The notes under the pieces: model-generated
Databases searched by the model: none
Told to the model about the DNA's origin: nothing
Seen by the model: the letters and a program-made list of their open reading frames with translations, nothing else
Source: Chara braunii
Lineage: Eukaryota > Plantae > Charophyceae
Assembly (NCBI GenBank): GCA_003427395.1
Contig: BFEA01000037.1
Location: 4,610,666 to 4,674,665, forward strand
Reading direction: 5' to 3'
Length of the DNA: 64,000 bases
Made by a program: the position numbers and the translations under genes
Shown here: one piece after another, positions 1 through 11,691 of the stretch
Position numbering within the stretch: position 1 is the first letter of the stretch
How the letters are laid out: each line of letters opens with the position of its first letter

Positions 1-60
<60 letters not shown>
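1..60. repeat. (CA)n microsatellite
   Basis: Pure CA dinucleotide run at window start. Confidence 0.98.
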
Positions 61-62
<2 letters not shown>

Positions 63-815
63 GCGTGTACACGTGTTGAAGTTATGTCGGTGTTAACGTT
101 TTCTGTGTTTTTTTTTTCCTTTTTGTTTCCGTTGCCCTCTTTTCAATCCATCATACTATCTACATCGTGAAATTTACTCGCTCCATCTCATATCGCTTTC
201 TCCTTGGCTTTCGTACTTCTTCATTTTCTTAGGACATCACAGTCCTCTCACTTCGTATCTAAGTTTATGTGCCGCTAGATTCGTCCTTAAAACCCCCTCC
301 TTCAGCCAGCAATCTCGCCGTTGAAAGAGAGAGAGGAGTCAGGTAGAGGGAGGGAGCGTGAGGTGATTTGCAAGCGTGAAGACAACTTAAACAGTGACTT
401 TGGAAATTTAGGATGTACAAGACAATTGCGTTTTTTTCTTCATTTTTTTACTTTTTTTAATAATGAAAGACTTTCATCTGTTAAGTTTCATCTGGATTAG
501 AACTCAGGTCAATTTAGTGGCTATCTTGAAAATGTCTAGATAATGTTTTAAAAAAGTCAAAATTTTTGGAAATTTTTGGCTTGTTTTTCCCTTTTGCTAA
601 AAGGAGGTTTTCCTTACAGTTCAGGGGACATTTGAGCCATGGGTCATATTGCATTTCCCGATAAATAGTTTTCATATAAAACATGTCGGCTCTTGCAAAG
701 TGGACTTTTTGCTTGGTCCACTTTTCACGAATAACTTGTTCAGAGCAGTACGAATACACCAGAACATGTGATAGAGGACTGCTTTCATCAACATTGTTGC
801 ACTGAACTACAAATC

Positions 816-950
816 TGGGATAGGCGGGGTGTTCGATGGCCTTTGGGTCGGGCTTGGTTCGTATGATAGGTCGGATGGACCGTGTTGGGATAATGGGAGG
901 TGTTCGATAACCCTTTGGGTCGCGCTTGGTCTGTATGATTGGTCGGATCA
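816..950. repeat. ~70-bp tandem duplication (2 copies)
   Basis: tgggata...ggtgttcgat...ctttgggtcg.gcttggt..gtatgat.ggtcggat occurs twice in tandem. Confidence 0.8.
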
Positions 951-1611
951 ATTGAGTTTGTATCCAACAACTTCCTCACTTTACCGGCACTAGTGAAGAT
1001 GTGAATAGTGTGTCTTGCATCGAAGCAAAGGGGAGCAATGAATGAAGGGGGATGTGGAGTAGAAACCTTTGCTTACAATGTGTTTTTAACTGTTTTTCGA
1101 ACTTCTCTCACCTGTTTGCTGTGATTTGTGTCATGACGGTGCCGCCTTAAACTGTACTTCAAGCAGTGTTGATCCCCGGTCAGACCGGGGACCCCTCCCC
1201 TGACTGGGAAGCTTCCCGATTGGACCGGCCGGTTGCCCGTCCCGGTTGGCTCCCAGTTCCCCCCAGCGCATGTTTGCTGCGGGCGGGGATTTTTTTTTTT
1301 TTTTTGTCTAAGTTGTTGTTTGGGGCTCGTAGACCCCAATATCACTGAAAGAAATGTGAACCGGGCAAGGTGGGCCCGTCAACGGGCAAAAAAGGAAAGT
1401 GGTCAATCTTGGTCGCTCATCTTTATTGATCGGCGGCCAAGATCGGATGCAATGAAACTGGGAGAAGTTGCAGCCTTTCGGCGCGAAAGACTACTGTGCC
1501 CCGGCCCCCCACTTCAAATTTCGTCTGAAGTCTCTCGCTGTTGACGCGCGACCCCGCCGTGTCGTTCGTCGTTGAGTCGCCCGTGTTGCTGTCCGCCACG
1601 CGAGCCCGCCG

Positions 1612-1617
1612 TTTGTG

Positions 1618-1669
<52 letters not shown>

Positions 1670-2480
1670 ACTGCACCACTGCTCTCGTCTTCTTCTTCTA
1701 ATTCTCCTCCTCCTCCTCCGCTGCTACTACTTCTTCTTCCTCCTCTCCTATTCACCATCATTGTTGCCATCTCCTCCTCCTCCTCCTCCTCCTCCTCCTC
1801 TTCTTCTTCTTCTCCTCCTCAACTGCTTCCTCCTCTTCTGTTCATCATCATAATCGTCATCTTCTCCTTCTCCTCCTCCTCCTCCTCTTCTTCTTCTTTG
1901 ATCTTCCTTCTTCTTCCTCTTCCTCTTTTTCTTCTTCTTCTTCTTTTCTTCTTCTACTACTCCTCCTCATCTTCCTTATCTCCCTTTTTTATCCTTTCGT
2001 CGTTCATTCCCCATCTTTTTTTTTTGGTCGAGGAAAAGTTGAGCCCGCCCGCCGATAGAAAGTCGACCCGCTCGGCCTCACAGTGCAAAGTTACAAACCC
2101 TCCCTCTCCTCCACCTCCCACTTGTCTTCTCCTCTCTAGCGTCTTCTTCTTCTTCTCCTCCTCAGCGTCTTCTTCTTTGTCTCCTCTTCCTCTTCTACTT
2201 CTCTCGCCCTCCTCTTCATCTTTGTCCTCCTCTCCTCTTCTTATCTTTTCCGCCTCGGCTCCCCTTCTTTTTGTCGGGGGAAATAAACTACAAAAACGTC
2301 GAACAGCCCCTCACTTTTTCTCCTCCTCAGTGTCTTCTCCTTTCCCATTCAACATCTTCTTCTTCTATTCCTTCTCCTCTTCTTCTTTTCCACCTCCCCA
2401 TCCTCTTCTTTTCATCCTCCTCTCCTCTTATATTTTTCTCCTCCGCTCCCCTTTTTCTCCTCCTCAGCGTCGAACACCGC
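1612..2480. repeat. (GT)n(GA)n microsatellite followed by degenerate (CCT/CTT)n pyrimidine tract
   Basis: Directly visible; explains the spurious 351-aa Ser/Leu/Phe ORF. Confidence 0.9.
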
Positions 2481-2598
2481 CACTTACACCCTTACCCCCA
2501 AGATTATCCCCCCCCCCCGGTAAAAGTTTTCAGTTCACAGTTTTCTTTGCGGATTTTGATTGTTCTCCCCGATGGTCATTAGTACCCAATGCTTGACA

Positions 2599-2742
2599 AT
2601 CTTTTGTTGAAATGATTTATGCATTATCTTTTGTTGAAATTATTTATGCATTATCTTTTGTTGAAATGATTTATGCATTATATTTTGTTGAAATTATTTA
2701 TGCCTTATCTTTTGTTGATATTGTTGAAATGGTTTATGCATT
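2599..2742. repeat. 27-bp minisatellite, ~5 copies
   Basis: atcttttgttgaaat(g/t)atttatgcatt repeated in tandem. Confidence 0.9.
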
Positions 2743-3051
2743 CGTTCTAAACTTGGTCAATGAACAAATAAGTGGTGTACCAGCAGTTAAACAACGAATA
2801 TTTCCTTTGAACTTTTTCACTTTCAATATTTTGTTATTTTGTAGTACTGGCATGATTCCTTAGAGCGCAATTGAACTGCATTTTCAAAAAATAAAATATA
2901 TATGTTTTTGACTTGTTTTGAGCCTAACCAGGTTTCTGGTTGGACGACCTTGGTCTATCCAACCTGACTGCATCTGGGTCGGTCCAACCGGCCGGTTGCC
3001 GGCCCAACACCGATTTCAGGGCTATAGTCTTCGCATTGGCGTTTGCATTAA

Positions 3052-3252
3052 ACCACCAGTACTTGGCCCAGCTATTGATCCCGAGCCTAAATATGTCCTG
3101 CGCGCCGAGTTTTGTCGAGCCGCCGCCGGCCCCTTTCGACTTTCTTTTGGCTGCCGCCTCCAGCCATTGCGGTCCGGTAGGCTGAAGCCTATCAGTCGCG
3201 GCGCATTAACGAGAAACGCCCACGACTGATGTAAGTGCCAAGTACTGGTGGC
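3052..3252. mobile_element. 201-bp MITE flanked by TTAA
   Basis: TIR ACCACCAGTACTTGGC / GCCAAGTACTGGTGGC (15/16); TTAA at 3048-3051 and 3253-3256. Confidence 0.75.
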
Positions 3253-3994
3253 TTAAGTTCGTAGGTCCATTGACTCTGAATATTAGGTTTGCTTAGATTT
3301 GCTATCCATAGTTGAAAGTCACTATGCAACGCGTGCGAGCTGAAATCTTCAAGAGCAAGGGAACGAAAACACAAAGAATGTATAGAGCAAGGGGTGTACG
3401 TGCAGTGGGGGAGTGGTTTTCACAAGTGAAATTAGGGCAGTTGTTTATGGAGTCGAGTGCATTGGAGTGGATTGGATTGCACTGCAGTGGAGCTGAGTCA
3501 AGTTGAATCGAGTTGAGTAACTTCAGTTGAATTAAGTTCGCAGCCTATCAGGGGTGCGTTTTATACTGTTTAGTCATTTTTTTATCGTTTGGAAGGGTGT
3601 TGAAATTGTCGGGGGGATAATTCATGGGGAATGGGAAGTAGTTGTTTGCGGAGGCCTTGTAGCTTCCCATAGGAGGCCGAGGAGGCCGTGGTCCTTGAAC
3701 GATTTAAAATTGAAACAATGTGGGTCCACTTTTTTCGAATAGAAGGACACTTCGAATAAACCACGTAGGCATTGTATTCAAATACAAAGTGTGTTCTTTC
3801 TATTCGAAGTTCAAAAAAAAAAAATTATGTACTTGAATATAACACCACCTTTCTTCTTCTTTTTTCGATGTTAGCGCTTGCCCTTGTAGGCCGAAGGGCA
3901 GCCGCCTGGTGGCGCCTATGGTCGCCTCTTCTCCTTCCTGTATTTATTATGGAGTGCTCCCCTCTATTGACATGCTGCATGTTGTACGAGTTTC

Positions 3995-4127
<133 letters not shown>

Positions 4128-4802
4128 TACTGTGGCATGCATGATGTCGGGCGTGACGGTCTCATACCCAAACGTAATGTTTGATAGTGTCGGACCTCAC
4201 GATCGCATCACACACTAAATCGCTTCAGCAAAATACCACTCCGACATTTGTCAATTTTTTTTCTAGTCAGACCACTTCTAGCGACCAGAAAGCCAACAGG
4301 CTGTCACGCAGGATTTTGTATGCTTTTGCAATAAATAATTAAGTTAAATAAAGCAAATTTCTTCCTGTTGTGTGCGGCCGGTTTCGAGCGAGACCCTTCA
4401 ATTGCGGTCTTCATCGGACCCCGTTCTTAGGAATCTTTGATTATAATTCGAAACAACAATGATGATGCAAATAACAAAATTAAAATTAAATTAAATACGC
4501 CATGTGTGTATCAAGTTTGTCAATTTAGAGGTTGAGAACTGTGACATGAACAACAAAGAACACAATCATCAAGCAATGTCAGAAGAGATCATCAAGACTG
4601 ACTGACTTAAGGCAAGGCAAGATGAATGAGGGAAAAGTGAGAACTCATAATAATCTCAGAAAGTATAAATGAACAGACATAGACAACACTCTTCAAGATC
4701 ATTCCTCTAGGGTCTCATACTCAATCTCTCACTTGATGTGCGTCTCTTGTGCTTTGAACCATGTCTATGTACTCTCTGGGATTGTGGTCTCGAGATATAG
4801 AG

Positions 4803-6167
4803 TCAACTGAAGCTTGCGAGTTTCGAACACTTCCACCCTAACATGATGCGGAAGTCAACCACAACACATAACTCCTCCCACATTGTAGGAAGATAGGGCC
4901 TAGAGAAAATCCCTCGTTTGAGATGTTGGAACTCTGAAGGTTTCGTCACTGCCTCGTAATTGATTTCTGTTGGTGAGATGTACATCTTTGCCAGGTCAAC
5001 CAGATCACTCCAGCAAGACTCATCTGTGAAGAGGGAAGGAACTGGCGGCTTGGGATAATCAATATAGAGCTTGGGTCCGAAGTTGCGGATCAGCTTCGTG
5101 CCACTCTCATCAAGCTCACTCTCTCTCCTCTCAAGATACCTTGTTGCCAAGATCTAGACTGAGTCGAAGTACTCATGAGTTTCTTTGTCTTTCTTTACGT
5201 GGAGTCTCAGATCATGAATGGTACCTTCTGCAAAACTGGTGTGAAGCATCTCCCTGTCTTAAAACAGAAGGCACTGAGGTACTGATACTGGAAAGCATCT
5301 TTGAAGGCGATCCAGTTGAGGTTGGTCAAGACTGACTCATTGACTGGAAACGACTGAAATGTACTCATATGAGTGATAATTGTTGCTGCGTTCTGATGGT
5401 CTCTTTAGTTTACTTAACCGTCCCTATGAGTTGACTGTGTTGATTGTTTCACTGCTTGACTTCTGATAGTTTACCGTGTATCTAATTATGACCATCTTAT
5501 CATCTGGTTCCTAACGATAAGATGTAGTTTGCCCTGATGATACTTCACGCTCCTTCCCTAGCATGTTTTTGTCGAATGTTTGGAGGTTCCTCTTGAAGTG
5601 AGTGACCAGATCATTTCACTGTTCAACAGCAATAACCCTCCTTGCATGATCGATAGGTCCTACGGTTGAGCGGGTGCTTTGTATTTCCCATATGATCCAT
5701 GAATGTAGGTGTACTCAACAAGTTTCTGGTCTTTCACTAACTCTAACGCTTGTTCCATCATGAGCTTTATATCATAATGGATGTCTTGGACCACACTTTC
5801 TTCCCAGCCTTCGGTCTTGTCCCGGTGCAGGGTGCAGGTCACTCTCAACTTGTCCTCACTTCCAATCTTTCTACAAATACCCATTGCATTGAGAATGATT
5901 GAACTATGCTCATGAGTTGATATGACTGCTGACGGACTTTGGTGGTCTCCCTAGCTCGATCTGTTGTATCAATGTAGTGGACGCACTGATTGTTCCTGCC
6001 GCCCCGTTTCCAGTAGTGATTATGTGCTTGTCTATCTTGTCTCTCAAGACCAGCGAGTGTTCCTTTCCCACTCAGTCTTTGAAGTTTGCAGTAACCCTTC
6101 TCAACGTCCTCTCACTTGTCTAATATTTCTCTCTGCAACCAAATTCCTTATTAACATGTGGTGTCAT
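4803..6167 (-). pseudogene. Decayed unknown ORF inside the distal LTR (ORF-L2); copy at ~24650-26034
   Basis: Consecutive protein-like minus-strand fragments (MTPHVNKEFGCRE..., MGICRKIGSEDKLRVTCTLH..., ...LHVKKDKETHEYFDSV*ILATRYLERRESELDESGTKLIRNFGPKLYIDYPKPP...) broken by stops/frameshifts. Confidence 0.45.
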
Positions 6168-8974
6168 TGGACACATGTGTGGTTGAGATGCTTCATAGGA
6201 ATTTAAGATCGATACGAGATGCCAAGAGCACTTCCCTCTTCTCATAAACGTGATAAGTGCAATTAATAGTAATAACAGCTGGATAATGAGAGAGTTATCA
6301 TTAGGGGCTCTTCACATCAAAGCACTTACGTAAGTTTTGTTGGGTGTTTAATCATTTGTAAAAGGCACAGAGAGTCGCATAGTGTATCCTTTGTTTACAG
6401 GCAGCGAGATCTGCAAATCACAGTCTTAGGCAGTAATGTAGCAACAAGGAAGAATAGAGCACTCGGACGTCCGCACCTCCCTTGATAGCTTCATCGGGCT
6501 CTCCGGCCTGAGTCTTCGTTACGACATTTGATCCAACGCTTGCTAACTCCACCTGTCTGAGCCAGATGCCACTTCCAAGTAGTTTGTCCACAGGGCCATC
6601 CTAGGATAAGTTTAGCCTAGGCATGGCTTAGGGTCGTCCGCCGGAGCGACGCCATCCGAAGCATCTCGGGCAATCTTAACTGATCGTGGTGTTACACTAA
6701 GTCTGGCCAGTGGTTAGTTATGAGTCACAGTATGAAGTAAACTCAGGCTAGGCACCGCACCATTTGTTGCATGGCAGGCATGGTCCTTTTGTTGTTTTTT
6801 CTTCCTTTCTTTTTACTATACAACTTACTACATGGGGTCATCTCTGATCAGATGAAAAAACATGGATAATCGACACATAGTCAAGTTGATGGAGCATACT
6901 GCGACTTGCCAACCTAGGTCTTCCTTATGTACTACACCGATAACAATCACTCAACGTTTCTTTTCATATATTGTCTAGGGGCTACGTCAGAAATGTGTAT
7001 CACATGCGCACTGGGCAAGCGTCATTGATAATTGAGAACAACTCTGTGATGCAGGGGGGGGTCTTCATGTTTATGAGGTGTCGAGCACTACTAATCAGGC
7101 CCTCTTTCTTCATATGTCTTAGGTTGTTGTTGAAGACAGGACCCTGGGACAAACAGCAATAGCAGCTACTCTAACCATGATATGAATGGCTATAGCAGTA
7201 CAAAGCATGGTCAATTTTAGTCCTCGTACAACATTTCTGAATTGGTTCAGCAGATTGCAAGATGAGAAATTAATCAAGCAGGATGGAGCAATCAGTCTTG
7301 AAATCGAAATGTTGAGGATTACTCTTATGATTAGTCCCAGTACAAGACTTAAATTAGAACACAGCCGTCCCGGTTACCACATGAAAATCCTCTGAGAATT
7401 ATGCTTTCGGTCACTGTACCGATATAGTGTTACTCATTTAGATAATATACTACTCTTAGTTTTGGGTTTTCTCTGCTTTCCTGTTATTCCTTATGCGCAC
7501 TTCTCATTTAAGTGTCGTTTAAGGCAAACACGTCTCAGAATAACAGATAGTTTATCAGTCACCATCAAGTAGGTACTTGGCCAGGAGATAGGCAACTCTT
7601 CTTAGCAGGAACTTCCTCTTGCTCATCACTTGCAAGTGAGTGGACGAGATCAGTTTACCCCTATCTCGGGGTAGGTCCAGGGTCACTCAGTTTCATCTCG
7701 CTCAATTAGATAGCTGGAGCTTCGACGAGAGTACCTGCAACTCGGGAATGTCCTCAAGCTCGCCAATCCAATTAAGCGGGTCGTGTTTGGTCACATCACA
7801 TTGATTGCCTTTGCAACGAGAGATACAAGGAAGGAAATGAAGGTGAGCAATGGCAGTAGTGAGTAGATTTATAGAAAAAGGGGGAGGATGCAAAAGAAAA
7901 CCAAGAAAACAAAAGAAACAAGGGTGCGAGGAGACTTTCAAACGAATTGATCAGAGGTTTTATCTGTGATTACGCTCCCCCTTTTATTTGATCACTGTTA
8001 TCATTCATCATTCTAACTCAAACACCCCATCTGCTTTCAGCACTCAGTTCATCATCTTTGTAATCCGTTCACTGATGAACTTATCTATACCTACGGATGC
8101 AGATGGCAGTTTACACGAGGATAGCCAGATCGCCCTTGACATACTCCCAGAAAGTCGGTGTAACTACAGTCTGATAGTTTATGATTACAGTTCCGGAAGC
8201 CAACATAGTTAGACTAGAGTCACGCTCGGATAATAGAATTGATGCAGCAATAAGCGACTAAAACGTGTTTCTTGATTAACTATGATGAATACTCTTCGGT
8301 CAGCTGCAAGAACGACTCCAAACAGACACTCAAGTACTGCAGTCTCATGAGCTCAGAGACTTCCTAACTAGCAATGGGGATTAACCAGATCTCGGCAAAG
8401 AGTCGTGACATGACAGATGAAGACGCACCAAAGACAAACCGCTGGAATAGGCGACGTGAAGCCAAGGCGATCGCCCTTCAAGGTCAGTGGAGAACAACGC
8501 CAATGCGCTTCAGCGATCTCTTACTTTGGACTAACCTGACTACTTTTCTTATTTGCCAGCGTTAAGATATTCTCTGCATATCCGCATCATTTTCTTCTTA
8601 CACTACCTTCCCTCTTACTGACATCGCTCTTGTTCATACTAACCCTCTAGTTCTTTCGTGCGCAACACAAACTCGCACATGCATCCTCCCTCTCTTTGCC
8701 TCACACCTATTTTCAGTATTGGCGATAATCAACATCGTGTCCCTCCAATCATACATTGACGATATTGGAACGACTATAATGACTGGAACGGGTTCTAGCA
8801 CAAGTGTATATAAGCTGACTACACCTAGGAAGAGACATAAAACGACAGTCAGCGCATAAAACTTTTCCTCATGACGTAATCAAGAATGGGCGTTTCCTAG
8901 ATCACGTTCGATCTCCCCTCACGCACTTCTTCCTTCCTCTCATGACTGACACGTGTCACGAGCACCGTCTTATG

Positions 8975-9957
8975 CACTTGCGGTTAACGACCACCTGAAA
9001 TTTCAGAATGAAAGATTCTGAACTGGTCTGAAACCATTGAAATGGCCTGAAGACACTTTAGGTCATTTCAGAAGTTTCGGGTGGTTTGCAGGACAAGTTT
9101 TATGTTTTTTTTTCTTTTTTCCTGCCTGTTTTTTCAGCCACTTCAGGTCATTTCAGGAATTTCAGGTGGGGATCTGAAACCACTGAAGTGGTTGAAGCTT
9201 CTGAATGGGGTTTCAGGTACCCCCATCCAAATGGTTGGATGGGGGTACCTGAAACCCCTTTCAGAAGCTTCGGCTACTTCAGGTCACTTAAGGAGTTTCA
9301 GGTGGGGACATGAAACCTTTGAAGTGGCTGAAGCTTCTGAAAGGGGTTTCAGGTACCCCCATCCAAATGGTTGGATGGGGGTACTTGAAACCCCTTTCAG
9401 AAGCTTCAGCCACTTCAGGTCATTTCAGGAATTTCAGGTGGGGACCTAAAACCACTGAAGTGGCTGAAGCTTCTGAAAGGGGTTTCATGTACCCCCATCC
9501 AACCATTTGAATGGGGGTATCTGAAACCCCTTTCAGAAGCTTCAACCACTTCATGTCATTTCAGGAATTTCAAGTGGGGACCTGAAACCGCTGAAGTGGC
9601 TGAAGCTTCTCAAAGGGGTTTCAGGTACCCTCATCGAAATGGTTGGATGGGGGTGCCTGAAACCCCTTTCAGAATTTTCAACCACTTCATGTCATTTTAG
9701 GAATTTCAGGTGGGGATCTGAAACCGTTGAAGTGGCTGAAGCTTTTGAAAGGGGTTTCAAGTACCCCCATCCCACCATTTGCAATGGATCTGTAGGCAAT
9801 CTGAAAGTGGTGTATCAACCTAAAGTGGTTGAACTGCCTGAAGGCGGTTTCAGACAAACCCATGTATAGATCCACACACAATCTGGATAATAACCTAAAG
9901 TGGTTGAACTGCCTGGAAAGGAGACCTGAAAATATATGCATCCGTTAACCATCTCTC
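8975..9957. mobile_element. Non-autonomous DNA transposon nested in the 3' LTR
   Basis: Absent from the 5' LTR (empty site gcactgtcttatgcaagtag at ~28821); TSD gtcttatg (8967-8974 / 9958-9965, extendable to 10-11 bp); termini cacttgcGGTTAACG / CGTTAACCatctctc. Confidence 0.88.
9139..9785. repeat. 136-bp tandem repeat (~4.7 copies), each unit containing a ~50-bp-arm palindrome
   Basis: Unit starts at 9139, 9275, 9411, 9547, 9683; arm ctgaagtggytgaagcttctgaaaggggtttcaggtacccccatcc is followed by its reverse complement. Confidence 0.95.
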
Positions 9958-10923
9958 GTCTTATGCAAGTAGAAAAGAAGTAGATGAACAGCTCCATGAT
10001 GATAAAGGGAAAGATATACCGATGAAGGGCAATTGAATCAACTGCGCGCCCTCGTAAGTCTTAGTGTAACTCATCGCCGCTATAGGAAGGCAAAACGACC
10101 AGCTAAGACGAAGAATCAACATCAACAAGAGTGGACCCCTGCAAGTGAAGTGACAAGTTATAACATATAAATCAAATGCGTCAATCGCATCAATCCGTTC
10201 CTATCCTCACGCCACTTGCGCACTCGTCACCTTTACGAGTGGATCAGAAAGTCATTCCGGCCTGACTGTTGATGATGATAACAAAAGAAGGAATGTCTGC
10301 CTCTCCCTTTATGGCTCGACTTCCTTCTCTCTCATGAGTACCATTCACCCACCACATTCATGCTGTTTTGGGTCTCGCATGCTTCCACATTGTAACTGCC
10401 ATGTAGTCCTAAGGCTAAGGCACTAGACCAATTAGAGCGAGATAAAGTCTGCTGCTGTACCATCCAAGTGGAATTAACGCTGACATCAACCGAGAGGGCA
10501 CGCATCTATTCTCCCTCTCTCCGAATAGTCGCGCGCTCTTCTTCACGAGGGAACAACCGTGTTTTCATCACTGAAAAGCGTCGTGCAAAGCTTTCTCCCC
10601 TCATTAGCATGACGGGGATAAAGCGTGACAGGGCGAGGCATACTGCTGGATATCAACCACTTCTCTCATGACGACAAAAACACATATGTGATGTGTGTTG
10701 CCCTTCGTCCTCCCATGTAGTTCCCCGTCCTCTCGTTTACTACCACCTCAACGTCAACGATGGAGCAGGGTACCGCGTTTCTGGAGCTTGCTACCCCGAC
10801 TCCAAACGAAACTGACTCCGACGAAATACTCTGTATCTCCCTCACAAACGAGAGTTGACTCCCTCTTCGTGAATCGCCGCATCACGCGCAGCCTTGCCGA
10901 GTATCGCGTCCTTTTTTTTTTTT

Positions 10924-10992
<69 letters not shown>
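10924..10992. repeat. (CT)n microsatellite within LTR (also 29788-29865)
   Basis: Present at the same position in both LTRs. Confidence 0.95.
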
Positions 10993-10997
<5 letters not shown>

Positions 10998-11052
10998 ACC
11001 GCCTCGCTCCCTCAGTCTCTCTGCTGGGCCGAGCTGGCCTCTGGGCTGTCCT

Positions 11053-11647
11053 CTACCGACTCGGCTGGCGGTTGTGCTCTCCTCCACTGCTCCAGCCCGT
11101 GCTAAGACCGAGTTTGTGCATCGCTGGCCTCGAATTCGCCCCCGAGTCTCGGTCCAGCTCCTGCTGCTCTCTCTCAGTTGTGCTCGTGGAAGTTTTTTCC
11201 TCGTGGTAAGTGACCGTAACCTTCAGGGCCACGGTCACTCCATCCCACCTGCACCTCCGCCCAGCTCGATTGCGAGCCTCAGTAACCACGCCCTGAACTT
11301 TCTCGTCTTCCCTCATCTCTCGCTCCTTTCCCCCGTAGACATTAATCTTTAGTCTAGCCTGCCCATCACCTTTATTGTAGCTGAGACAGGCGTCCACCGT
11401 AGCTCCTTCTTCACGCATAGGCTCCCAGCTCCAGTAAAACCTTAAATGGCCTGGCCTACAACCAAAAAGCCCATTGCTTCGCGCCATAGCCAAGTTTCGC
11501 ACAACGTCAGTCTGCCAACCTCGAACAACACACCACACTACGCTTCACTTCTCCTCGAGCTTCCAGTGCAGACGGGTTACCACTAAGCAGCTTAGTCGTA
11601 GGCAGTGTCCCGACTCTCAGAAAGTGAGGGGCGCGTCTGACTCTCAT
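11053..11647 (-). pseudogene. LTR-encoded ORF-L1 (unknown ~200-aa protein), frameshifted
   Basis: WEPMREEG...LSYNKGD...LKINV...EMR...TEARNRAGRRCR...VTVTYHE...REQ..LDR aligns with the element 2 ORF at 51313-51981; ATG at 11647 lies 37 nt after TATAAAAA. Confidence 0.7.
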
Positions 11648-11683
11648 CGACTAATCAATAACCAGTAACTCGCTCCCCTTTTC

Positions 11684-11691
11684 TTTTTATA
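11684..11691 (-). promoter_or_regulatory. Putative LTR TATA box
   Basis: cctataaaaagaaaag on the minus strand; same in the 5' LTR (30577-30584); tctatgaaaaaaagggg at the equivalent site of element 2. Confidence 0.5.

Larger units (their letters stand above)
1164..3012. mobile_element. Putative old non-autonomous hAT-like DNA transposon filled with low-complexity sequence
   Basis: Ends CAGTGTTG / CAACACCG (imperfect TIR); flanks acttcaag / atttcagg (6/8 match, degenerate 8-bp TSD); accggccggttgcc motif near both ends; interior is microsatellite/pyrimidine tracts. Confidence 0.5.

Noticed and set aside
1541-2596. 351-aa ORF and overlapping ORFs
   Set aside because: Translation of microsatellite and pyrimidine tracts; no protein-like content
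6971-8565. Short plus-strand ORFs recurring at 26799-28733
   Set aside because: Recurrence is the trivial result of LTR duplication, not evidence of selection
9139-9785. CRISPR-like appearance of regularly spaced palindromic repeats
   Set aside because: The sequence between palindromes is repeated too (no unique spacers), there are no cas genes, and the context is a eukaryotic TE
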